Shown: one piece after another, positions 51,381-62,673 of the stretch
Numbering within the stretch: position 1 is the first letter of the stretch
How the letters are laid out: every line of letters starts with the position of its first letter
DNA from: Veleropilina oligotropha
Lineage: Eukaryota
Assembly (NCBI GenBank): GCA_048128005.1
Contig: JBEUKZ010000132.1
Coordinates: 62,001 to 126,000 of the forward strand
Length of the DNA: 64,000 nucleotides
Direction of reading: 5' to 3'
The notes under the pieces: generated by a model
What the model was told of the DNA's origin: nothing
Database searches by the model: none
What the model saw: only the letters and a program-made list of their open reading frames with translations
Position numbers and translations under genes: made by a program

Positions 51381-53199
51381 CTTTTTCTAGTCGACAGTTG
51401 GTACAATCATTTGGGATCAGGTACCTGAATATAAAGAATTAGATGTTAATGATAAATATTAATACAATTATCCAAATTTTCTATATAATTTTATATATTA
51501 ATGTATAATTAAGAAACAATTTTAGCCGTTATTAGGCAAACATTTTGTATTTGATTGAAAACTTTTTTTCTTTTTTCAATAGTCTACAATCTCTATGTTA
51601 TCATATCAATCAGCAAATATAAACAATACAATACAATGCATATTTATTTTCAGGCTGATATAGATCATACATGTTTTTATGTTATTGTTGTGTTGCATTT
51701 TACATGTTTTAACTCTATCAATTCGATATTTATGACATTTTTAACTTTAATTTGACCTATTTTCAGGTAGTTCCCCAAGTCATATTTTGGTAAACTTTTT
51801 TCCCTTAAGGTAGAGGTATCAAAGTGATGAAACCCACCGAGAAACGTTTTGTTCAAATTTTGTTGAACCTGCAATAAAAATTGTTGTTTAATGACTGGAC
51901 TATTAACGGCTGATTAGTAAAACGTCACAATCTATAAATAGTTACAAGAAAGTATATATAAACACGGCAAATCAAAATATAAAACAGACTGTGAGCTTTA
52001 TATTGATGTATGATACCCGTACTGACCATATAATAACGTTGAGAATTATTCATAATCGCTAATAATTCTTCGTTATACCATCATTATAAGTATTTTTCAA
52101 ATGACATTATCTGTTGAATTTCATTGTTGTATATCTACTATTCGACGCTTTTATTCAATAAATCTGCCGTTGTCGCCTAACACATGACTTCAGTTGGGGG
52201 GTCATTCAGTATTAAAGTCAGATCGCCCAATATGGCTCGCTAATGTCTGTAGCATTGGTGAAAATACATTTGAATAAACGCTGAACAATATAGTTGGAAG
52301 GGTTGATATTTAAAGCTGTGGTACCTAACATATGGGCGGTGCACAGTGTGTACATAACGAGATAGGGACACGCCAGTTGTACATGCACCGTCAAGTGGGA
52401 ATACAGGTGAACTCACTGATTGGTATCACGATAATACAGGTGAACTCAGGGAACATATGGGTATCCCTAGGCTAGGGGATAGGTATCCCAGGTGATACAC
52501 ATATACATATACACACCGTTAGGTATCCCATGTGATATACGGGGTTAGAACATACTAGAATTACCATCTATCATACTAGAACTATCATACTAGGGTTAGA
52601 ACCATCTATCAAGAACGACACTTTGCTCTCCCTCCAGAAAGTGCCCCGTGACAAGCAGAGTGTCACGAAAGGCCCTACCTAGTTACAAATTATAACAAGG
52701 CAATCCGAAATACGGAATCGATTGCAATACCCTCACCTCTCATGCGGAGGCGAGGGTAATTATAGATGTGTCACTTCCAGGGTAGAACAATTTTGGTACC
52801 ATATTCGGAGGTTTTGTGCAAGGTGACTGCCATTCAACCCACTGTTTCTGTGTACGGATACCTTTGGATCACAACAAGATCCGATCAGAAAAATATCGCA
52901 TCAGTACACAAACCGTATCCGCCCAGAGCAAATGGAAACACCCTTTATTATTACAACCATCACAATTTCTGACATCCCTGCCCGTACACGTGCAAACGTA
53001 ACTGTAGTCGCAGTATTACCGTAGCAGGCTGGTTTCCCGCAAAAATCTGGGTTCAGTGCCACATTTCATCTCATCACGATTAAATTATTCGTGATAAATC
53101 GTGGTGATTTTTGGCGATAAATTGGATAGCGCGCATGACCTATGCAATTTGTTGCTACTATTAACTAGGTGCCAATTCAGATCACCAAGGTAAACACAT

Positions 53200-53292
53200 G
53201 CGGCACATGCAATATGCTTATTTCCAAGGGAAATCGTGGTCGAACCACGAACCTCTACATCAAACGTCCCGTGGTCTACCACTAAGCCACCT
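53200..53292 (-). mobile_element. tRNA-like SINE head fragment
   Basis: - strand reads ggtggcttagtggtaga ... ggttcgacc (A and B boxes); no acceptor stem. Confidence 0.5.
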
Positions 53293-54168
53293 TTGACTTA
53301 TATACTAATGTATTGTATATAATTATAATGAGCCTATTCTTTTTCTTGCCGATTGGTCAGTTAGTGTAGGACTACAGTTACTTGTAATTAGTATTGCCGA
53401 TAACTTTTACACAATAATCTACTGGTGTTACATTATTGCCTTTTAATATATTCGCATGATATCTCTGTCTTACGGGAGTGGGGACTAGTCATCGGCTGAT
53501 CAGTGAATATTCATATTTATCTTGCCTTGGCCGCGAATCCTCTCTTCTGATGGGCTGACGTCATTTTACTTACTTGCCGTAAACCGTAACCAGACGTGGT
53601 ATGTGGAAGCTTATACCACGCTGGCATCATACGTCGCCTGTCAATCAATCTGTTACGTCCCACTTGGAAAATCTTGAGGGTGCGTTACTGAAGTTTGTCA
53701 TCTGCCTTATTGAATACATCACGGTATAATTAACAACAATGTTATGAACCAAGTCAGGAGTTTGTTTAGTAAGTTTATCATTGTCAAAGCAAGATAAATA
53801 CGTTATCGAGCAACATCTTGGTAAACACTATGCATTGAATGAATACCGTATTACGTTAAACAACTTCATTCGGTATTCAATGCACCGTGTTCACAGCAAC
53901 GTCGCTCAACAACTTATATCGTCCATAACTGACCGGGCTTTCTGTATATCCCTGATACGATCCTGATATGTATATATGGTTGATACGAAGGTTGGCTAAA
54001 ACTAAGCATTGAGCATCGATGCAAACTGCAATTTGAGATGAAACACGCCAACCCTCAAGCATTACACCATATGCATTTGCTTTGATCTGTTTCATCCTCA
54101 TATCTTTTAGTTTCATTTGGACAATACAAGAACCGCAAATAAATACAATAATCCAACTGTTCGATAGC

Positions 54169-54609
54169 TTAGTTTGCCGGCTCAACATTTATGATGTTGG
54201 GCTGTTTCGTTTGAGCAACATGCATGACATAAATCGCATGCAACTTTGGCGCATACATAAACAGCCATACTATGTAAGAATGGATAATCAATGCCCCCGC
54301 CAGAAGTAAATACATATGCCATGCATTATCGGTGAAGAAATATGTGGGTATGATCACTGCCCAGGTAATTAGTTCCGTTGTTACGCCAAGATTGATGAAG
54401 CGTGCTTCGTTATAGTTGTTGGGCCAAGTTCTCATTTTACTTGTGAAAAATAAGCAAATAGCTAACAATATTATGTTGTAAATCGTTGAAGTAATGAAGG
54501 CATTATGAGACCACAGGCACGTCAGTTCAACGTATTTCACGGAAGGGTCTGGCATCACAACTACGACAGAAATCGGAACCGACGCCAACCATGCAGCGAT
54601 GATCACCAC
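54169..54609 (-). CDS. Last coding exon of a class C GPCR (7tm_3, mGluR-like), TM4 end to C terminus
   Basis: ttcttttcag|GTG acceptor; VELTC, YNIILLAIC, KMRTWPNNYNEARFI, WAVIIPTYF, FMYAPKLHAI match class C ECL2/TM5/ICL3/TM6/TM7 signatures. Confidence 0.88.
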   Translation of the reverse strand: MVIIAAWLASVPISVVVVMPDPSVKYVELTCLWSHNAFITSTIYNIILLAICLFFTSKMRTWPNNYNEARFINLGVTTELITWAVIIPTYFFTDNAWHMYLLLAGALIIHSYIVWLFMYAPKLHAIYVMHVAQTKQPNIINVEPAN

Positions 54610-54717
54610 CTGAAAAGAAATAGATTAATATAGATATAACAGTAGCTTTGTCAACAAATGGTTAAAGAGGCTCGAATGGGCATACATACATACTGACATA
54701 GGCCTACTTACATACAT

Positions 54718-54845
54718 AACAAGCACATCCGAGAGGAAGCATAGTTGAGCCATGTCAAGTCATCGTGGACATACACCGTCCACCACACAGACAGACAGAC
54801 AACCTCAATACAATAGTTGCTCCGTTTACACGGCTCAACTAACAA
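54718..54845 (-). mobile_element. Mini-HINE (~130 bp)
   Basis: Diverged reverse complement of 62541-62673. Confidence 0.75.
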
Positions 54846-55222
54846 CCTATAAGATGGCGGAATACTAGTGCTGAAAGATTTTTGCTCTGCCTCGGGATAT
54901 CTTACAAACAAGGTACAAACATCGTTAGGGGTACTAAAAAGGATTAATAACCACCAGGAACATGTCATAGTACTATTGTAGTGGAATGAGTTAGGTAAAT
55001 GGCTGACCACCCTGCCAAAAGACGGAAGAAAAGAAACAATTCAAGATCAACAAAATCGGACAGTGAAGACAACACGGCGACTCCGAACAAACAAGGTAAA
55101 AATTAAACTCCACAAACCGTCGATCGTCATATCACCCAACAATCTTCCGACTTTATTTCAAACTCCACAAATGTCAAATTCCGTACCGCAAAATACACCA
55201 TCCCAAGACGGACGGACGACAA

Positions 55223-57052
55223 ATGAACATGGAATTCGAAAGCCAGACGCCATTTGTACAACCTAATCACACAATCGCAGTTCCGTCCGACATTATCAAA
55301 CACTTATTCGTCAGACTTGACCAGATCGACAGAAAACTGGACACACTAACAACAATAGAGGCGTCTTTAGCGTCAATGCACGCACGGGTGGGTGCGCTGG
55401 AGCTAGACGTTACAATAATGAAAGACAGAATTGATGCATATGATGAAAGCGCTAATTTTTTGAGTGATCCGTTTGACGAGTGCGCCCAAGCCCGGACCAA
55501 CACAGAAAAAGAATTGCGTCAAATTAATTACAAAATGCGCAAAATTAGCACTCCAGCCAATGTCCAAGACATGACCTCCATACGCCAGAATGGAAACCAG
55601 TACTAAGTGGAGTCCCACAAGGTTCTGTGTTGGGACCATTGTTGTTTCTCATATATTTAAATGATATTGATGACGTCATTACATCTCTAGTAAAAAAGTT
55701 TGCAGACGATACCAAGCTGTACAGAATTATCGAAACAGAAGAAGATGCAAAGAAACTTCAAGGTGATTTAAATAATGTGATAAAATGGTCTGAGGACTGG
55801 CAAATGGTTTTCAACACCAGCAAATGTAAAGTAATGCATGTGGGTTATAATAACAATACATATAATTATGAAATGGGTTCAGAAGCTTTACAAGAAGTGG
55901 CCAAAGAAAAAGATTTGGGAGTATGGGTAGACAAGACATTTAAACCATCAAATCAATGTGCAGAGTCAGCTAAAAGGGAAATCAAATATTGGGAATGATA
56001 AAGAGAAATTTTAATTTTAAATCTAAAGCCATCATAACTCGCCTAGACAAGCAAATGGTTAGACCGCATTTAGAATATGCAGTGCAAGCATGGTGTCCAT
56101 ATCTTGCAAAGGATATCAATATAATAGAACAAGTTCAAAGAAGAGCCACAAAATTGATAGGAGAATTGAGAGAATTACCATATGAGGAGAGACTAAGAGC
56201 TATGAACCTCACAACATTATCTTTGAGAAGGATAAGAGGTGATATGATTCAGGTGTTTAAAATGTTTACAGGAAAAGTCAACGTTGACAATTGTTTCTTT
56301 TTTCAGATGAACCAAAGGCATACCCGGGGGCATCAATACAAGATTTACAAAAAACGATTCCGACTAGACGTTAGAAAACACTTTTTCTCAAATCGGGTTG
56401 TCGATGAATGGAAGGCTCTTCCTAATAATGTAGTGGAATCGACATCTGTAAACCAATTTAAAAATCGCCTAGATGAGCATTTTAAGAAGAAGGGCAGGTT
56501 ATAGAGGACAAGACAACTCAATGGGTTTTTATATGAGTGGCAGTAATGCGCTTTCTAAACCCAAACAAATTCTATTTAAAAATTCTATTTAAATAACTGA
56601 GTGACAAAATAACGGAGTTGCAAAGCAGATCAATGCGAGATAATTTAATCTTCACTGGTTTAGCATTACCAAATGATCGTTCCGAACAAGAAGACTGTGA
56701 ACAGACCCTTCGCGAATTTCTGACTAAGGAAATGAAGATAAGCACAAATATACAATCGACAGAGTTCACCGTATGGGAAAAGTAACAGAAATGAGAAACG
56801 GGAGAAAGACGAAACCTCTAATTGCGAAATTCGAACGATATAAATAGCGAGAAACAACCCGTTACGCGGCCTCAAAGACACTGCGCGGAAAGCCATACGG
56901 TGTGAATGAACAATTCCCACAAGAAATTATCAAAAAAAGGAAAGAACTCATGCCAGTGTTGAGGGAAGCCAGACGAGCAGGTAAGCGAGCCAATCTCTCG
57001 TACAACAAGCTGTTCATCGATAACAGACTTTATTATATGCCAGTCGTTTTCT
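55223..57052 (+). pseudogene. LINE ORF1 (coiled coil + L1-ORF1/Transposase_22-like RNA-binding region), split by a CR1 insertion
   Basis: 55223-55585 RLDQIDRKLDTLTTIEASLASMHARVGALE...; resumes ~56597 LSDKITELQSRSMRDNLIFTGL...EQEDCEQTLREFL...EIIKKRKELMPVLREARRAGKRANLSYNKLFID. Confidence 0.75.
55586..56593 (+). mobile_element. 5'-truncated CR1-clade LINE (RT C-terminal half)
   Basis: SGVPQGSVLGPLLFLIYLND, FADDTKLY, EKDLGV, VRPHLEYA..WCPY, RGDMIQVFK, FFSNRVVDEW; one frameshift ~55985; 3' (attctatttaaa)2 tail. Confidence 0.9.
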
Positions 57053-57305
57053 GACGCCTATTCTCGCGCAGTTTTCCGAGACCCTGTATCACGGACACAG
57101 CTGATATCGATTCAGAAAACGTCCCCTGATTATATATTCACAGGAAAACGTCTCCTGCTTATATATTCAAAATAGCTGACAAATCGTAGAAACTACTTCC
57201 AATATAGTCCTATACTATTTCAAGCTCCCTTACAGATTCGTAAATAAAATTACCATAATCTTTCGATTCAATTTAATAAGAAACCTGTTGTGGCATATAA
57301 TAAAA

Positions 57306-57447
57306 ATGTTATCAGTTATTGTGTGGATTCTGGCACATCGGAAACCTCGAGTGACGTCGTAGTTTTTGCGGCGATTTATCCGCCGCAAAAACTACGACGT
57401 CACTTGAGGTTTCCGATGTGCCAGAATCCACACAATACTGATAACAT
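57306..57447. repeat. Near-perfect 142-bp palindrome (fold-back element) between LINE ORF1 and ORF2
   Basis: Arms of ~67 bp with 1 mismatch and 2 single-base indels; loop atttatc. Confidence 0.92.
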
Positions 57448-57835
57448 CATTATACCAACCGTCAAACGAACAGCAATCAACCAGCTAATGGTGCGATGAG
57501 GTGCATGAAGACGAAATACTTTTGCGTATGACTGATGTAAGCATAAATGATGTAAATATGCCTATAATGAATCCAGAACTATATAGTTGTTCAACTGAAG
57601 TAAGTGAATCCGATGTAAATATTATAGATGGCTTGAAATTTTGTTCCATTAATGTGTGTGGATTATGCAGAAAGCTAATTATGCCAGATTTCCAAAATTT
57701 CAATCATTAATTTGATGTAATTGCCTTTTTAGAATCTAAAACAGACGACATTGATGTCATAGACATACCCGGATATAATGTAATCACTAAAAATCGGACC
57801 CAAGTGAGCGAACGCCGATCTGGCGGGATTGTAGT

Positions 57836-58336
57836 CAGGCGCGGATCCAGGAATTTTGCTTATGGGGGGGGGGGGGGCGCTAAATTTACTATCAAGTGTT
57901 CGCGTGGTGGCAGGGCCACACGCGAGAGAATATTTTGACAATCAACAGCCTGAAACCCCCTCTCCTGCACTCTGACAGAGCAAAAGCGATATTTCTTACC
58001 AACATTTGTGAACCATTTTCACTAAAATGTATGAGTATTTTTTCACAAACCCACATTTCTGCTTTCAAACGTGGGGTCCAGACTGACTGTAAGCGACTGT
58101 ATCCCCAGAAAAGTCGGGGTCCCACGTGCAAGAAAATTTTGACAATTAACGGTGTGAAATCCCCCCTCCTGCTTTATTACATTGCAAAAGCTAATAGTAA
58201 TACAATTCAACTTTAGTATTTTGGGGTAGGCCTATTTATAATGTTCTGAAAGTCATTTGTATCAGATTATACATATTATTTTAGTTTGCTTGGCCAGCTT
58301 TATGGGGGGCGCCCCCCCCCCCTGGATCCGCGCCTG
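57836..58336. mobile_element. hAT5-like MITE (5-bp TSD) inside the LINE endonuclease
   Basis: 16-bp perfect TIR caggcgcggatccagg; TSD gtagt; removing it restores SGGIVVAVKN. Confidence 0.9.
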
Positions 58337-59334
58337 GTAGTGGCAGTTAAAAACAATATCCACAAACATATTAATGTTATAAAATCCGAATGTCCATATG
58401 TCCAACTGCTTACTATATTTAAATCTGTCTATACTCCCGAAAGGGATATTCTGTTTGGTGCTGTATATATCCCTCCAGAAAACTCAAAATATGTCACCTT
58501 AGATTGCTTTCGAGAAGTCGAATCAGAATATCTTGTGCATAGTCACGATAAACATGTTTTATTAATGGGCGACTTTAATGCCCGCACGTCAAATGTTGAT
58601 GATTACATAATTATAGACAATGAACTGATGAAAGAACTTGGCGTTGACTGCGATTCGATTTTCAATATGGATGAATCGATGACACTTAATAATTTAGGGG
58701 TTAGCCTTATTCAGACTAGTGATACTAGTCAACCAAATAACTTTGGAAATAAGCTGCTAGAAATTTGTAGAAATAACAATCTATTTATAATTAATGGCAG
58801 ACTTGGTCATGACAAAGGTATTGGTAAAAAAACATTTAAGAATATTAGGTGTATTGATTATGCTATAGCTACAGGAGAAACGTTAGAACTAGTATATGAT
58901 TTTGATATATTGGACTTCGACCCGTTATTCTCTGATGGTCATCGTCCTATAGTTACTACCTTGAAACATCGGCGAATAACAGCCCCTCCCAACTCTATTT
59001 CACGTGAAAATACGTGCAAACCAAGTAAATGGAAATCCAATAAATCAGAAGAGGTTTTTTCAAATATATATCCCGTGCGAGTATCCCGGCTTATAGATAA
59101 TCTAGAAAATGTCAATAACAATATTCAACAACACGTGAATGACTGTATGGGAGAACTAAAACAAATATTCATGGGCATTGGTAAACAGACATTCGGTTGC
59201 AATACCAGTAAGCAGAAATCAACATGTGAGGTAAAACACAAACCTTGGTTTGACCGAACATGCAAATTCAAAAGGGATGCTTACAATGAAGCCAAAAGAT
59301 AAACAAATCTGTTCATACAAACGAAGCATTTTAA

Positions 59335-60286
59335 AGATGCAGGATCTACTTCAGATCGCTAAAACGTATTTAAATGATGTTCTATCTTACACTTTCTGCA
59401 TTGATTTATTACATATAGTTAGGACGTTTCAGCGATTACCACACACGGCAAAATTGTTTTTCACTTAGTAATAAATATTTGAAGTTTTTTTATTGAATTA
59501 TGACCGCGCGCTCATAATTCGAGCCGATTGTACACGAGATTTGTACGGAAATGAACGACGGCTGGGCGGAATCAACACGTCACTTACCTACGCCCTAAAA
59601 TCACTCCGGCAATCTATTTATACCGGGTCATTTCTAGGTCGTCCTTGTCTGAGTTTTGTTTATATCGGTTTCCATGGCGGATGTCGACAAGAGAAATCGA
59701 GGCAGGCCGCCGTTATCGACTGTGACTGATTCTGATTATAAAATGGATGTATGCAAAAAATTGAAATAATAAATAACGCGATCAATGAAAATTGGATGCG
59801 GCTACTTCAACTTGTAAACAAACAGTGAAGCACTTGAAACAGTGAATGCCCATGCCATTACAATGTCGCGGTACGCAATAGGCCTATAATTAGTTGGTGA
59901 AATAAATATGGTTATTATGTTAGTATTGCTGCCATATACTACAATTATGAGAAACTAGCTATATGTTTCAATGCAATACATCAATTTCAGCCAACCGCTA
60001 ATAAACACTGACCTAGCTGCAACGCCATTTGCTTGCTCTGCACGTTGTCAATCAAATCGACGTGACCACGTGACGTTGACCCAATAACGATAAATGAGAT
60101 AAGATGGCTCGGAGGTTGACGTGCTCGAATATAATACCACGTCGGCTGAAGCGATTATTAAATGCTAGCAACACCTTTTGTTGCATTTTAACTTTTCCTT
60201 CGTCCTAAAAACATGTCATGTATGGATACCATATCGTATTTATGGTTTTCTTTTATATGAAATATACTAATGTAGATTCAGCATCT
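59335..60286. mobile_element. Kolobok-like MITE inside LINE ORF2
   Basis: TTAA|agatgcaggatctac ... gtagattcagcatct|ATAA; LINE-like coding sequence resumes after it. Confidence 0.72.
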
Positions 60287-62540
60287 ATAAACAACCTTAT
60301 AAACTGCAGCAAGCAGTATAAGCAAACTTTAAATCAGAAATACGAAACTTACTGTAAAGAAACAACAGATAAACTAAGACACGATAAAGCGTTCTGGAAA
60401 ATAATCAACGAAGCTGAGAATGCGCAAACGAGTAAGGAAACGAAATTCAACCTTAACTCATTATATGAGTTTTTTCAAACTTGAACTCTGAGGACGATGA
60501 TGTCGATGACATCGATATAGAACAAATAATGATCGAACCAAATGAAGCGCTAAACATGCCAATATCAATGGAAGAAATCGAGAAAGCCATAAAAAATAAT
60601 AAATCTGCTGGTATAGATGACTTATATAATGAATATATAAAAAGTGAATATATAAAAAACGACTTTATTGTGCCTTTATTGATTTTCGAAAAGCTTTCGA
60701 TAAAGTATGGAGGGTAGGTTTGTGGCGGAAAATGATAAAGGCTGGAATAATTGGAAAGTGCTTCCAAATAATTCACAATATGTATAACTCAATAAAATCA
60801 TGTGTATGTTTAAATAATTAATCATCACCCTATTTCGCATGCCAAACTGGTGTTAGACAGGGTGAAAATTTGTCACCGATGTTATTTGCCATATTCTTAA
60901 ATGATATGGAGGATTTTTTAGTTTAAAATGGCGTACTAGGAATCGAAACGGTTAACAACATAATTTTAGATAAATTGGATATATTTGTCCGCCTTATAGT
61001 CCTATTGTATGCCGACGACACTATACTGATGGCAGATGACCCTATCAAATTGCAAAATGCAATCAATGTATGCTATGAATATTACACACTTTGGCAACTT
61101 ACTGTTAATCGCAGTAAGACCAAATTAATGATATTTGAGGAAAGAAAAACTAGAAGAGTGTATAACTTTACATTTGATGGACATACTTTAGATATTGTTG
61201 ATTCCTATAAATATCTAGGTATTACATTGTCACACACAAATAGATTCATTACCACGCAGAAACGATTAGCAGAACTAGCAACGAAAGACATCTATGCAAT
61301 AATGAGAAAAACTAGACTACTAAAGCTACCGATAGATGTACAGTTACTACTATTTGATCGAATTTTACAGCCGATACTGACTTATAACGGTGAAATGTGG
61401 GGTTACGAATCTTTAAAAACAATAGAATTAGTGCACTTACGATTTTGTAAGATGATACTGAAGGTGAAATCGTCAACCCCAAATTATATGGTTTACGGGG
61501 AACTAGGACGTTGCCCGCTCTCTGTGCACATTCAAAGCCGAATGATTAACTATTGGGTTAAACTTATAACAGGGAGATAATCTAAATTAAGTTTATTATT
61601 ATATAATATATTGTTAACTTTAAAACGAGAGGAAAATTTTGTATCGAAATAGCTAGATAGCATGGAAAACATATTTAACCGAATTGGCATGCAATTTATC
61701 TTGGCAAACCAGACCTTCCCAAGCAAGTCTTGGTTGGCATCCCCTGCCAAAACTATACTAAAAGATCAATACCAACAGCAATGGAATAGTGACATGGAGA
61801 ACTCATACAAAGGAACAACTTACAATATAATAAAGGAAAACTTACGTATGGAATCATATATTACGGCATTGCCTAACAACTTCAGAATAATATTGACGAA
61901 ATTTAGAACATTTAATCATAGATTGCCAATCGAAACAGGGAGATGGACAGGCGTTCCCGGAAACGAACGAACCTGCACCAAATGTGACAGTGACGACATT
62001 TGCGATGAGTTCCATGTCCAATTCCATTGCAGATATTACAACGGTCAAATGAAAAAATATATTAGAAAATATTTCACGGTCAGACCGAATATTATAAAAT
62101 TGCACGACCTATTTCCTAATTCTTCATTGGCTTCAACAATAAAATTAAACAAATTCCCAAAAGAATGCGTTTTTACATAAAATCGCTATTGTGATTTATT
62201 GAATTACTGTACTTGTATGTATAACTAATATTAGCAATATTACGATATATTATCGCAGACATTGTATTGTGTAATGTAAGTTAATATCTACTGCTGATAT
62301 AACATTTAAGAAATTGTTATTTATGTATAATCTATAATATAACTATGTATAATATAATATATTACATATGGCAGTTATACATTGTTAGACCATTGTTACA
62401 TTTGAAATAGTATTTTCATTATTCATTTTTATATCTGCTGTGTAAACAACTATGGTTAATTTTTTAACATATTATTATAGATACCAGTTAAAAATGTATA
62501 ATCTGTGTTATTAGAGATATTTATCACCATATATCATGTA

Positions 62541-62673
62541 ATTAGTTGAGCCGTTTACGGAGAAACTATTGTATTGAGGCTGTCTGTGTGTCTGTCTGTC
62601 TGTGTGGTGGACTGTGTATGTCCACGCTGACTTTATTATTGCTCGACTATGCTTCATCTCGGATGCGCTTGTT
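62541..62673 (+). mobile_element. Mini-HINE (~130 bp) in the LINE 3' UTR
   Basis: Subterminal inverted repeats tagttgagc / gctcgacta, (tgtc)n microsatellite, catc-tcg-gatg hairpin, cttgt end. Confidence 0.75.

Larger units (their letters stand above)
46113..51902 (-). mobile_element. Academ-superfamily DNA transposon (AcademX-like), both ends present, coding region decayed
   Basis: ~145-bp imperfect TIRs starting TAGTCCGGTCATTAAA and ending TTTAATGACTGGACTA (TAG...CTA termini); TTAA on both sides; internal transposase remnants. Confidence 0.85.
57630..62180 (+). pseudogene. LINE ORF2 (AP endonuclease + reverse transcriptase + C-terminal CCHC), disrupted
   Basis: SINVCGL, RSGGIV|VAVK, YIPP, MGDFNART, CIDY, SDGHRP, KSAGID, FIDFRKAFDKV, GVRQGENLSP, LLYADD, YKYLG; stops, frameshifts and an apparent deletion of early RT motifs near 60650. 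Confidence 0.88.

Noticed and set aside
46113..51902. Fanzor/TnpB-type RNA-guided nuclease cargo in the DNA transposon
   Set aside because: No RuvC motifs recognisable; the acidic motifs fit the Academ transposase and XPG/PIN-like region
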